64,000 bases of DNA from Octopus vulgaris (GCA_951406725.2 OX597814.1:124434001-124498000), one strand, 5' to 3'; counted from the first letter of the stretch, positions 27,000 to 39,039 are shown. Numbers and translations are program-made. The notes: generated by a model not told the origin, from the letters alone.

Positions 27000-29900
27000 T
27001 TGTATTTATGAAGACTAACTGAATCACCGCCCTCTGGACTGTCGATTCAGTTAGTACATATCTAAACCCCTGTTCGTTGTTTGAAAATATAAAGTGACGC
27101 TTACTATAATTTTCTTAAAGTATCTCCTTATAGACAACGTTGTCCGTGTAGATTCCTTTCATATCCTTATACTCTGAGTCCAGAGCCAATATATGCACAT
27201 TGTTCCCAGAACCAACCCTGCTGTTGGCAATATAGAACTGGCCATGGTTGAACATAGGTGTTGGCAGGTAAATTCCAACTTTCTCTAAGGTCTGGCCCTG
27301 GGATTTGTTTAATGTCATTCCAAAAACCGGCTTCACAGGAAACTGCTTCCTGACAGTGAGAACGGATAGTCTTAACTGGTGGTCAGTGGAATTCGTTGTA
27401 TCATTATTCGGATTCCAGCATGTGTCCCATTGGTCACTTCTGCTTCAATAAGACTGTTGTGCAGATTCAAGACTATCTATCTTGTTCCGTTGCAATGACC
27501 TTCTGCTGGATCTAGGTTTCTGAGCAGCATAATGGAAGAGTGCTTCTTCAAAACCAAAATGTGTGGTGGAAACCCTGATGGATTGAGATCATTGATCAGT
27601 TCCATTGATCGTTTCGTGTAAAATCTCACAGCTTCCGTAACTTTCACTATCTCCTTGTAGAAGTTTCAACATGACAACTGTATTCACCTCTTCAGCAACC
27701 TTATTTGTAGGAGTAATGATGGCTCTACTGCTCATCCATAGTCCTTCTCCATATTTCTCATCAGTACTCCTGATGATCACTTCAGAAAGGTCCTTTAACC
27801 TTGTAGAGTCAATCAAATGTAGTGGAGGGATAAATATTTTGTATTCACCAATGTCTTGGTTGATAGGAAATTTTCCATTCCCCAGTTGACCAAAACAGGA
27901 TGCGAAAGCAGTGTTATCACCGCCAGAAGCTTGGACTCTCATGGTGACAGACAACTGCAGGTTTTGGACATGGTTCCAAATATATGACTGTTTTAATGTG
28001 GCATGAACAACCTGGGCTCTAGAACCTCTTTGCATCACGAGCAAGATCTGCTTCCAGCCTCCAGAAAACAAAACAATCAGACCACCAAACAGCTTATGTG
28101 GTTCTTGCCTAACTTCTCTGAGACTGTGATCAACACATTCATAGATATGCTTATGGCCCATTGTAACCTCGTCCATAACCAGTAGCTTGGCCTTTTCGCA
28201 AAGTTTTTCTCTGAAATCACTCTATAATTCTCAGTGGAATACTGCATCTGGAGTGCAAAGTTCACTCATTTTCCAGCAGGATAGCAACAATTCCAGAGAC
28301 TGCAGTGGCAACAGCAATATGACCTTGTGACCGAACTTCAGCAAGAATCAGATTGCTTGTGTCAGTTTTCTCAGAGTTACCAGTCGTGTTCAAGCAAAAT
28401 GTTTTTCCCTCCTTGTTTATAACTGATCCAACAATTAGCTCAAAGAGATACCTCTGATCAGCATTTAGTGTTGGATATCTCTCGAAAACACAGTCACGGA
28501 CAGCAGCTTTATCAAACTTGAGCTCTTCCTACAGTATCATTGGCAGAACTTCTAGTTCATTTTCAAAATCTGGCTCTGGAAGACCAAGATTTGCCATTGT
28601 GACTTCTTCTCTGGCCAAACCTACTTTGACGGAAAGCAGGACGTCGTTGTAATGGAATTCTGTTGGTTTTCCTACGTAGTTTTGCCTTTTCTTTTTGTCA
28701 CCACACAATGCATCCTTGTAGCTTTCCAATAAACCATTGGCATCAGGTAAGGAGAACAGTACAAAATACACGTCTTAGCTAGTCACTGAAACAGTGATGT
28801 TTGGCTTCATCTAATGTTCTGAAGATTTCGTCATCGTCTTATAAAAGTCCCACGCAACTTGGTAGCTGAAACATAGATCCCCATTAACAGCCCGTAAATC
28901 AGCGTATGATTGGGGACCTTTGACATGATGCGGCAATATCCTCATGCAATGCAATTCCTTCTGCCGGATATCGTTAGCGACATTGGGGATGCGACCAATA
29001 CTACTGGTTTTATAGTTTCCATCTTCCGTGATTGCTCCCCTTTTCCTCTTTTGCCACTTCTTCTCTTTTTTAATCCAAGTGTAATACTTCGAGATTTCAG
29101 CATATCGCTTTTCTCTAGCGTCTGAGTCATATTTATTTAATGTGAAAAACTCAGACAAATTTTTTTTTGCTGCAAGCTGAAGTTTTTTAGGCAGCTCATC
29201 ATCAAAAATAAGAGATTGTTGATTTTCCAAATGGCATGAAAGATTTATGACAGTTGGTTGACTGGAATGGATTGAAAATCTGAATATCTTCCAAATTGCC
29301 TCACCAGATGAGATGTCTCTGGCATTTTGGTGTCAATCTCGTTGTCAACCACTTTAAAGCTTGAATTGTTAAACTCTCGAAGCATTCCAATAGTTTCATC
29401 AGTACTGCTTGACCTGATTTAAAGATTGACTCTATCAGGCCCTTTAGTGAGGTACTTGAAAAAGTATTTCTCCGCCAGTACAGTGTGCCCAACCTCAACA
29501 TTTAGGTGACAGTTGTATCGGAGAGATAGGAATGGGTTGTATGGTACTATGAAGCTATTATCTACTCCAGTTGATGTCCAAGTAATTCTAGTAATGTGTG
29601 TACTGCCTCCAGAGGTTGGTAACCGATGTCTGTATTCTGGACAGGCATCATCATTCACAAATGTGGTACTTCTGCATTTTTTAGGAAATAATTTGTGCAT
29701 GTTGGCGGATCACCATCCACGCATGGACTATTTGGATTATGGATTTCCCAAAATCCGGTTTTTCACAATCTCCAATAGTCCATATTTTTTACGTCTGCTA
29801 TTTCAGAATTCTACGCATGCGTGAAACATCAGACGCAACAATATACACACACGCAACAATATAAACAAGTATAACAATAGCTCCGACGGCCATCGTTATG

Positions 29901-30234
29901 AAAATAGGTCCGACAAATTTTATTAGTATCTTAAAAAATACTAATTTTCCAACATTCTAATGGTCAAATTCGTTTAGAGCAATTCAATAACATAAACATT
30001 GCACTTTAAAATAGTGTTTAGCGAGTATGGTGTAATTGTAATTTTCACCGGAGACTAACAATATTTTTATGGTTTTGCTCAAAATGACACCGATAGAGAC
30101 ATTTGAAAGAACGCAATCATTTACGAGAGAGAAAGAAGAGAAGTAGTAAATATGTGTGTTTGTGTGTGTGTGTGTGAGTGTGTGTGAGAGAGAGAGAGAG
30201 AGTTATGAGAGGTAACATTGTATAAGGGAGTGCG

Positions 30235-30236
<2 letters not shown>
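27000..30236 (-). mobile_element. Helitron RepHel pseudogene (Rep C-terminal part plus PIF1-type helicase)
   Basis: KYFFKYLTKGPDR (Rep YxxKY), ENQQ, DEVTM, FGGLIVLFSG.WKQIL, MTLNKSQGQTL..VGIYL..PMFNHGQFYIANSRV, NVVYKEIL; many frameshifts. Confidence 0.92.
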
Positions 30237-30289
<53 letters not shown>

Positions 30290-30422
30290 AAAATAGTAAA
30301 GTGTGAAAAAACGACAGAAGGCTTAAATGTTAAAAGATATATATATTTGTGTCAAAATGTCTGGAGAATATTGGAAAAATTTTTTTTCCTTTCCTTAAAA
30401 TGACATAATTTTTAAATTTTTA

Positions 30423-30462
30423 AAGAAATTACCGGTTTCGCGTGTAGCTTTTCAAATTTCTT
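30423..30462 (-). ncRNA. Minimal type I hammerhead motif (U3:A8 core variant) in the PLE 3' UTR
   Basis: Reverse complement of 36188-36227. Confidence 0.7.
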
Positions 30463-32858
30463 GTGACGTTATGTTTATATTGCATGGATTTATCGTTGTT
30501 TTTATTTCCAGGAGATTTCTAAATAAGGGGAGGTAGTGAGTGATTTTTTCCGGTGTAGGGGAGATAATCGCTTAAAAAATTTTTTTCCCATTTCCTTGTT
30601 AATTTCTCTGTGTCAGTATGTTCGGATGGTTGAGTCTGGGTTTGTACTTTTCAATGAAGAATGTTTCCTTGTTCAGTCTCATTTGTGTTGATGATCCGAA
30701 AGCACATTGGTAAAATGGGAAGATTAAAAATTGTGGCAGTAGTTGCTTTGCGCATTTCTCAATGTGCTCACTAAAAGGTATCATTCTATATTCTGGGAAT
30801 GCAATCTGTTGTCGATGCAGTGTGCATCTGCGCCTGAGTGATAGTCCCGTGGAACCCACGTAGTCTTGGTGGCAGCCCGAGCATTTAATAACATAAATTA
30901 TGTTTTCAGAGGCACAAGTAAAGTTAGATTTGATCTTAAATTTCTGTCCTTCTTTAAAGAAGAATTCTGATCCTTCCAATAGGTTAGGACATGTTGCACA
31001 GTTCGATCTACCACATTTTTTTACTTTTGCATCCGTAATTTTAGAAGACAATTTTGCCTTTGTGAGAATCTTTTTAAGTGATTTAGGCTGTTTGTAGCTT
31101 TTAATGATTTGGTGTATGTTTAGAATTTCCCTTAATTTTGGGTTTTTATGAAGTATTGGTAAATTCTGGGTGATGATGGTGAAGGCTTCTTTGTTTCTGG
31201 GGTTGTATGTAGATATGTAAGGTAGTATTTTCGGGGAAGGTGTGTTGTTGTGTTGAACTTTTCTTAAAGTTTCTATGTTGATTTCTGTTGCACGTCTGAT
31301 CCCATCCTCTATGAGTTGAGCTGGGTAATGTCTGTCAATTAGGGTGTTTTTGAGTTCTTGCAGTCTAAAGTTCCTGGTATTTTGTTCTGACACTATTGTG
31401 CATATCCTTCTTGCAAGGTTGAAGGGTATGTTTGTTTTAGTGTGTCTTGGGTGGCATGAATTAAAAAGAAGGTATTGTTTGGCGTCTGTGGCTTTGTAAA
31501 AAATGTCTGTTTCTATTTTAAGGTTAATTTTTTAATTAGTATATCCAAGAACGGGAGCTCCTTTTGGTTGTATTCCATTGTGAACTGTATATTTGGGTTT
31601 ATGCTGTTCAATAGGTTTTTAAATTTTAGGAGTTTATCTATGTTTTCATTCCAGAGAATGAAACAATCGTCTAGGAATCGTTTCCAATTCTCTTTTATGT
31701 ATTGAGAGAGGGAGTTTCCAAAGATTGATAGAGATTCCTGGTAAATGATTATTTCCATGTATCCCATTGTTAAGTTCGCAATGACTGGTGCTGCCCTTGT
31801 ACCCATAGCAATTCCGGATTTTTGACGGTAAAATGTATTGTCAAACATGAAGTGGTTATTGTGTAGGATGAATTCAATTGATTTAGTAATGAATTCCTTA
31901 CTGATCCTTTTTGGTATTTCTTCCGGAAATTGGTCTAACCAGAATTGTATTGCCTCCAGTCCATAATTATGAGGTATACTAGTATACAAGTTGACTACAT
32001 CAAATGAAACCAGGATTGTTTCTTCCTTGGTTTTTTTTGGAAGGTGGTTTAACATATCTAAGTCATCTCTGATATGGCTATCGATATGTTTAAGGAAGGG
32101 TTTCAAGAGGATGTCCATAAGTAGACTTAGTCTGTGTGTTTCACAGGTTGGGCCAGCTACAATGGGTCGTAGTTTTAGGTCCCCCGGATTAGGTGTGTGT
32201 ATGTATGTCTTTGGTGATTTTTTAATGGTTTCATTTATAATTTGACTTTTATGAATTTTTGGCAGACCATAGAAAAGGCTAGGTTTGCATTTAAAGTTTG
32301 TTAGGAAATCAATCTCTTTGGTTGTCAGTTCCTTTTCATGGGTTTTAATTAGTGAAGATAGAGTTTTCATTATTTTTTGTGGGGTGTAGTTGGTAATTTT
32401 TTCATAATGTAGGTCTTCATCAAGCAAGGAAATTACAAGATTTCTGTAGTATGATGTATCCATTATTACAACTGCATTTCCCTTGTCCGCTTCCTTAATG
32501 GTTATATCTTCATCATTTTGGAGTTCTATCAGTTCTTTCCATTGTGTATTGTTAAAATTTGGGTTAGCTTTCTGTTTATGTATAGTATGGTAGGGGAAGT
32601 TCTCAATGTGGTTACAGAATTCGTCAAGATCTTTATTTCTTCCTCTGTGTGGGATGTGTTCACTTTTGTTCTTGACAAGTGATTCATCTTCAGTATTGAA
32701 ACTGTTTGATGCTTCTGCTAGTCTTAATTTTCTGCAAAATTCTGTTATATTATCCTTGAGTTCATTTAGGTTTGCTCTGCGTGGAGTTGGTGTAAATTTG
32801 AGCCCTTTTGCGAGGATGTCAATTTTTATGTTAGAAAGAGGTTTGGTTGAAAGATTGA

Positions 32859-33588
32859 TTATCTTCGGTTTTTCCTTATTACTAGGTTCCAGCCTGTGTC
32901 CTGGTGTCCCTGGTCCCTGGCTAAAAAATGTTGGGTGTAATTTTGTTTGTATGAGTTGTCTGTGAGGTTGTGTGGTATTTGGTCGGGGGAGTGGTGGTAT
33001 TGTTGCCTCCGATCGTTGTGTGTGTGTGGGAATCTATGGTTGTTAATGCTTGTGGTGTGTGTAAAATTTCTGTATGGGGAATATTTTTGTTTCGAACTTC
33101 TTGTATGTGGGATGTTGCTTGACATAGTGTTTCTTTGCGTTTGTCTTGTGTTTAGTGGGGACCAGTAGTTTTGGTTCATGGGGTAGTAGTGATTTGTGTG
33201 TGGTGTATTTCTTATCCTAGTGTCGTATTGTGCTGTATGGTGGTTGGGTCTGGTATTAGGATGTTGTTGGTTTGTTCTGTTTTTGGTGTAATTTCTTTCA
33301 TAGACGCGTCCTCTTTCAGCTAGTTCCCTGTTAGGTCTAGCGTGGTTTGTATAGGTTGGTTGTGGGTGATTTCTGTTTTTAGTGTATGGAGGATAGTTGG
33401 GGGTTGTTCGTGGGTTGTTAGGTTTTTCTTTTTTATTTATTGTAATTTTCTTAAGGAAGGGATTATTTGTACCCAATTCATTTTTGAAGGTTTCACTATA
33501 TTTTTGGAAGAAGTCTATGTTTTTCTCCCAGCGTAGGAGAGAATTTCTCTCTTCTCTCTCACAGGAATCCTTCCAGTGATCCAATGTA
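32859..33588 (-). CDS. PLE upstream ORF (5'-truncated; basic, N/T/H/R/P-rich), overlapping the RT frame
   Basis: Open frame ...WKDSCEREERNSLLRWEKN...QHFLARDQGHQDTGWNLVIRKNRR*. The first ~30 aa of the track ORF come from the inverted arm and are not part of it. Confidence 0.6.
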
Positions 33589-33729
33589 TTACACACACCA
33601 CAAGCATTAACAACCATAGATTCCCACACACACACAACGATCGGAGGCAACAATACCACCACTCCCCGACCAAATACCACACAACCTCACAGACAACTCA
33701 TACAAACAAAATTACACCCAACATTTTTT

Positions 33730-36051
33730 AGCCAGGGACCAGGGACACCAGGACACAGGCTGGAACCTAGTAATAAGGAAAAACCGAAGATAATCAATCT
33801 TTCAACCAAACCTCTTTCTAACATAAAAATTGACATCCTCGCAAAAGGGCTCAAATTTACACCAACTCCACGCAGAGCAAACCTAAATGAACTCAAGGAT
33901 AATATAACAGAATTTTGCAGAAAATTAAGACTAGCAGAAGCATCAAACAGTTTCAATACTGAAGATGAATCACTTGTCAAGAACAAAAGTGAACACATCC
34001 CACACAGAGGAAGAAATAAAGATCTTGACGAATTCTGTAACCACATTGAGAACTTCCCCTACCATACTATACATAAACAGAAAGCTAACCCAAATTTTAA
34101 CAATACACAATGGAAAGAACTGATAGAACTCCAAAATGATGAAGATATAACCATTAAGGAAGCGGACAAGGGAAATGCAGTTGTAATAATGGATACATCA
34201 TACTACAGAAATCTTGTAATTTCCTTGCTTGATGAAGACCTACATTATGAAAAAATTACCAACTACACCCCACAAAAAATAATGAAAACTCTATCTTCAC
34301 TAATTAAAACCCATGAAAAGGAACTGACAACCAAAGAGATTGATTTCCTAACAAACTTTAAATGCAAACCTAGCCTTTTCTATGGTCTGCCAAAAATTCA
34401 TAAAAGTCAAATTATAAATGAAACCATTAAAAAATCACCAAAGACATACATACACACACCTAATCCGGGGGACCTAAAACTACGACCCATTGTAGCTGGC
34501 CCAACCTGTGAAACACACAGACTAAGTCTACTTATGGACATCCTCTTGAAACCCTTCCTTAAACATATCGATAGCCATATCAGAGATGACTTAGATATGT
34601 TAAACCACCTTCCAAAAAAAACCAAGGAAGAAACAATCCTGGTTTCATTTGATGTAGTCAACTTGTATACCAGTATACCTCATAATTATGGACTGGAGGC
34701 AATACAATTCTGGTTAGACCAATTTCCGGAAGAAATACCAAAAAGGATCAGTAAGGAATTCATTACTAAATCAATTGAATTCATCCTACACAATAACCAC
34801 TTCATGTTTGACAATACATTTTACCGTCAAAAATCCGGAATTGCTATGGGTACAAGGGCAGCACCAGTCATTGCGAACTTAACAATGGGATACATGGAAA
34901 TAATCATTTACCAGGAATCTCTATCAATCTTTGGAAACTCCCTCTCTCAATACATAAAAGAGAATTGGAAACGATTCCTAGACGATTGTTTCATTCTCTG
35001 GAATGAAAACATAGATAAACTCCTAAAATTTAAAAACCTATTGAACAGCATAAACCCAAATATACAGTTCACAATGGAATACAACCAAAAGGAGCTCCCG
35101 TTCTTGGATATACTAATTAAAAAAATTAACCTTAAAATAGAAACAGACATTTTTTACAAAGCCACAGACGCCAAACAATACCTTCTTTTTAATTCATGCC
35201 ACCCAAGACACACTAAAACAAACATACCCTTCAACCTTGCAAGAAGGATATGCACAATAGTGTCAGAACAAAATACCAGGAACTTTAGACTGCAAGAACT
35301 CAAAAACACCCTAATTGACAGACATTACCCAGCTCAACTCATAGAGGATGGGATCAGACGCAACAGAAATCAACATAGAAACTTTAAGAAAAGTTCAACA
35401 CAACAACACACCTTCCCCGAAAATACTACCTTACATATCTACATACAACCCCAGAAACAAAGAAGCCTTCACCATCATCACCCAGAATTTACCAATACTT
35501 CATAAAAACCCAAAATTAAGGAAATTCTAAACATACACCAAATCATTAAAAGCTACAAACAGCCTAAATCACTTAAAAAGATTCTCACAAAGGCAAAATT
35601 GTCTTCTAAAATTACGGATGCAAAAGTAAAAAAATGTGGTAGATCGAACTGTGCAACATGTCCTAACCTATTGGAAGGATCAGAATTCTTCTTTAAAGAA
35701 GGACAGAAATTTAAGATCAAATCTAACTTTACTTGTGCCTCTGAAAACATAATTTATGTTATTAAATGCTCGGGCTGCCACCAAGACTACGTGGGTTCCA
35801 CGGGACTATCACTCAGGCGCAGATGCACACTGCATCGACAACAGATTGCATTCCCAGAATATAGAATGATACCTTTTAGTGAGCACATTGAGAAATGCGC
35901 AAAGCAACTACTGCCACAATTTTTAATCTTCCCATTTTACCAATGTGCTTTCGGATCATCAACACAAATGAGACTGAACAAGGAAACATTCTTCATTGAA
36001 AAGTACAAACCCAGACTCAACCATCCGAACATACTGACACAGAGAAATTAA
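33730..36051 (+). pseudogene. PLE RT plus GIY-YIG endonuclease frame (disrupted by 2-bp and 1-bp deletions)
   Basis: Frame is open without ATG from 33730 (SQGPGTPGHRLEPSNKEKPKIINLS...) into track ORF 34189; pieces 35348 and 35599 complete it. Confidence 0.88.
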
Positions 36052-36187
36052 CAAGGAAATGGGAAAAAAATTTTTTAAGCGATTATCTCCCCTACACCGG
36101 AAAAAATCACTCACTACCTCCCCTTATTTAGAAATCTCCTGGAAATAAAAACAACGATAAATCCATGCAATATAAACATAACGTCAC

Positions 36188-36227
36188 AAGAAATTTGAAA
36201 AGCTACACGCGAAACCGGTAATTTCTT
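36188..36227 (+). ncRNA. Minimal type I hammerhead motif (U3:A8 core variant)
   Basis: AAGAAAT-TTGAAAA-GC-TACAC-GC-GAAAC-CG-GTA-ATTTCTT; 7-bp stem I, palindromic stem III. Confidence 0.7.
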
Positions 36228-36566
36228 TAAAAATTTAAAAATTATGTCATTTTAAGGAAAGGAAAAAAATTTTTCCAATATTCTCCAGACATTTTGACAC
36301 AAATATATATATCTTTTAACATTTAAGCCTTCTGTCGTTTTTTCACACTTTACTATTTTCTTATATATTCACCCACGTGCTTTACCAAACAAACTTTCTT
36401 ATCTATATATATATATATATATATATATTATTGGTGAATTGAAGAAATGGAGCTGAACGCAGATTGAACAGAAATCGTTTTATTTCATTCTACACGTGTT
36501 TCGAAAGGCACAATTTACCAAAATCCGATTGAATAATGGGACCATATAGCTAGGTTTTTTAATAGA

Positions 36567-38108
36567 ATGGGCATGAGTATAGTTTTTGATAATGAACTCA
36601 CCAAGGCTAATTTCCTAGACGTTACACTTAACCTTAATAGCGACTCATACTGCCCTTACCATAAGCCTTCCACTAATTTGAAGTATGTCAGTGTCTTCTC
36701 AAATCATGCCAAAACCGTAACAGACAATTTGGTTAAAAACATCTCTCTAAGATTGTCTGGCTTGTCCGCCAGTGCCGATATTTTTATGCAGAAAGCGGAA
36801 TTTTATAACGCCGCACTATCCAAGGCCGGTTATAGGCAGAAGGTAATTTATATTGATCCGGCCCTTCCGATGCCATCATTCGGTCATCAGGATAGGGCCG
36901 TATATAATAACATTAACAATTTAAGTAAGGACGGGAGCGCGGCGGATGCCAGGGTAGTCGCTCCCGCATTTAATTTAGCGAACAAGGATAACTATCGGTC
37001 CGGGAGGTCTTACACTAACCCAAGACCCGTTATTCATCCGAGAATCACCCACCCGAATGCGAGAGCTGGCGTCCCGACCCATCACACTGATAGGAATAAG
37101 CATATATGGTTTGTAATCCCCTTTGGTAAGCAGATTAGAACTAACCTCCCCCTCATGTTTAGACAAGCCATCGCCAATAACTTCCCCAGAAATTCCAAAT
37201 ATTACTCCACGGTTAACTCGCATAAAGTTAGGATAGCTTTCTCCAACACTAAAAACCTCGCCCAGATAATCGCCTCCCATAATAATAGGCTACTTACTAA
37301 GACCCTATCACCTTTTTCCAGAGGTACAGCCTCTTCCGCTCCCGGTTTAATGTTCAGTAGGAATAATTATAGTAGTAATAATGATATGAGAGCCAGTACA
37401 GTGACACATAATCTCAGCTCCAGCCAGGGAGTACCCACTAGGGGTATAGTTATAAATAGGGGTGTTGTGGTTGACGGTAACAATGGGAGTAGGGTAGTGA
37501 GCCCCAATAGCATCCCCAGCATCATTTCCCGCAATAGCAGCACCACGGGCACTAGCAATGACAGCACTCTGATAGATAGTGGAGAATCAGGGGTTATTCC
37601 TATAGTTAATAGTGACGTAGTGGAAAATAGAGTAGTAAGCGGCTGCAGGTCTCGGAACGAATATAGTGACAGGAACGCAGTTCTAATTTCAGAAACTAAT
37701 CCTAGCAGAATAAGATTCGCGTCGGCGAACTCCAAGATCAAAAACGCCGTCTACCAATGCAAGGTTTACACGGACTCAGATGTCTTCACTTATGTAGGGG
37801 CCTCATCCTCAAGATTGTCTTTGCGGGTCTCCAACCATTACGCAACTTTTCGGGACATGAACAAGCGCCAGACCACGGGACTCAGTAAGCTAATATGGCG
37901 ACTGAAGGATACGAACTTAAGCTACAGGCTGGAATGGTCAATTTTGTCGGTGGCCCTCCCATTTGATAGGGGCAGAAGGCAGTGCAACCTTTGTGTCTCC
38001 GAACTCTTCCATATTTTGTTTGCCAGAGGCCGGATGGTAAACGGGCTTTTACAGTCGGCTTTTCGATGCCCCCATTGGCGGCGTTACACTTATCTGGCTT
38101 TTAAATAG
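36567..38108 (+). CDS. PLE RT C-terminal/thumb region plus GIY-YIG endonuclease (N-terminally truncated)
   Basis: NFLDVTLNL..YCPYHKP, SNH, IWF..PF, NAVYQCKV...YVGAS...RVSNHYATF, LSKLIW.LK, WSIL, CNLCVSE, CPH. Confidence 0.85.
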   Translation: MGMSIVFDNELTKANFLDVTLNLNSDSYCPYHKPSTNLKYVSVFSNHAKTVTDNLVKNISLRLSGLSASADIFMQKAEFYNAALSKAGYRQKVIYIDPALPMPSFGHQDRAVYNNINNLSKDGSAADARVVAPAFNLANKDNYRSGRSYTNPRPVIHPRITHPNARAGVPTHHTDRNKHIWFVIPFGKQIRTNLPLMFRQAIANNFPRNSKYYSTVNSHKVRIAFSNTKNLAQIIASHNNRLLTKTLSPFSRGTASSAPGLMFSRNNYSSNNDMRASTVTHNLSSSQGVPTRGIVINRGVVVDGNNGSRVVSPNSIPSIISRNSSTTGTSNDSTLIDSGESGVIPIVNSDVVENRVVSGCRSRNEYSDRNAVLISETNPSRIRFASANSKIKNAVYQCKVYTDSDVFTYVGASSSRLSLRVSNHYATFRDMNKRQTTGLSKLIWRLKDTNLSYRLEWSILSVALPFDRGRRQCNLCVSELFHILFARGRMVNGLLQSAFRCPHWRRYTYLAFK

Positions 38109-38690
38109 CGTTTATAAATAATACCGGCACCCATAGCCCTTGGTAACAAATTCTGAAATAGCCTTTAAGATATCTACGTTTAACCACTGCAAGGGGAATT
38201 ACTCCTGTAAGATAAACGGGGCTTGGTTTTTTCACAACGGGGGGTTTCCTTGACAAGGCAGGCTTAGATGAACACACATAAAACATAATATATATTTTTT
38301 TTTTCTGCCACCCAACGGTTCTCACTGCAGTAGCCACTGACAGCCGAACGTTCAAACGCACACACGTACACAAAAAATGTTTTCTACCCCTACGCCAACA
38401 CACACATATATAGAACAGTATACACACACACACGTCTCTAAGTAGATTTTTTCTCGCCCCTTATAAAACATCCAATATTCCTTAAATAGTCAGAACTTTA
38501 TTCTCGGTCACAAAGAACATCTATACACCCTCACCCACATGATTGACCGATGCCTGACCCGTTAAATTCTTCAGCCACCGGTTCTCAACATACACTGATA
38601 AACAGTTTCGCCATGGGCTCTTAGGAGCCTAGTTCGATTTGTTTTTGCTCCGCCTCTGTTCTGTTTTTGTTTTTTCCAACGGATTTCCTA

Positions 38691-38780
38691 TTTTCTTCCT
38701 GAAGAGAAAGACACAATATGGTCCCATTATTCAATCGGATTTTGGTAAATTGTGCCTTTCGAAACACGTGTAGAATGAAA
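38691..38780 (+). ncRNA. Type I hammerhead motif with a long stem II
   Basis: TTTCTTC-CTGAAGA-GAAAGACACAAT...ATTGTGCCTTTC-GAAAC-ACGT-GTA-GAATGAAA; canonical core, palindromic stem III. Confidence 0.82.
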
Positions 38781-38979
38781 TAAAACGATTTCTGTTCAAT
38801 CTGCGTTCAGCTCCATTTCTTCAATTCACCAATAATATTTTAATTTCAATTATCCGCACCAATTTCAATTATATGGTTGTACCTCCAACCGTGCTGTTTA
38901 CTGCTGTGATTTTTGCTACTAAGGTATCGGTTAAACTTTTGATTAATCTACTACAAGATTATTCATCTTTCTATTTCAC

Positions 38980-39039
<60 letters not shown>

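Larger units (their letters stand above)
30287..33588 (-). mobile_element. Penelope-like element, Neptune-type (upstream ORF, RT, Cys linker, GIY-YIG); minus-strand copy
   Basis: KGLKFTPTP, ADKG, YGLPKIHK, RPIV, FDVVNLYTSIP, GIAMG, RFLDD, FLDILI, CGRSNCATC, NIIYVIKC..C..DYVGST...LRRR...H; one 1-bp indel near 31530. Confidence 0.95.
33589..36404 (+). mobile_element. Penelope-like element, Neptune-type; plus-strand near-identical inverted copy
   Basis: Reverse complement of 30287-33063 except small indels (~33665, ~35361, ~35520); extra ~40-nt 3' tail before (TA)n. Confidence 0.95.
36425..38980 (+). mobile_element. 5'-truncated Penelope-like element, Nematis-like, with an inverted copy of its 3' region at the left end
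   Basis: 36425-36547 is the reverse complement of 38716-38838; ORF 36567-38108; (TA)n on both sides. Confidence 0.88.

Noticed and set aside
33589-33680. N-terminus (MVFGRG...) of track ORF 32859-33680
   Set aside because: Read-through across the inversion junction from the opposite arm; not a real start.
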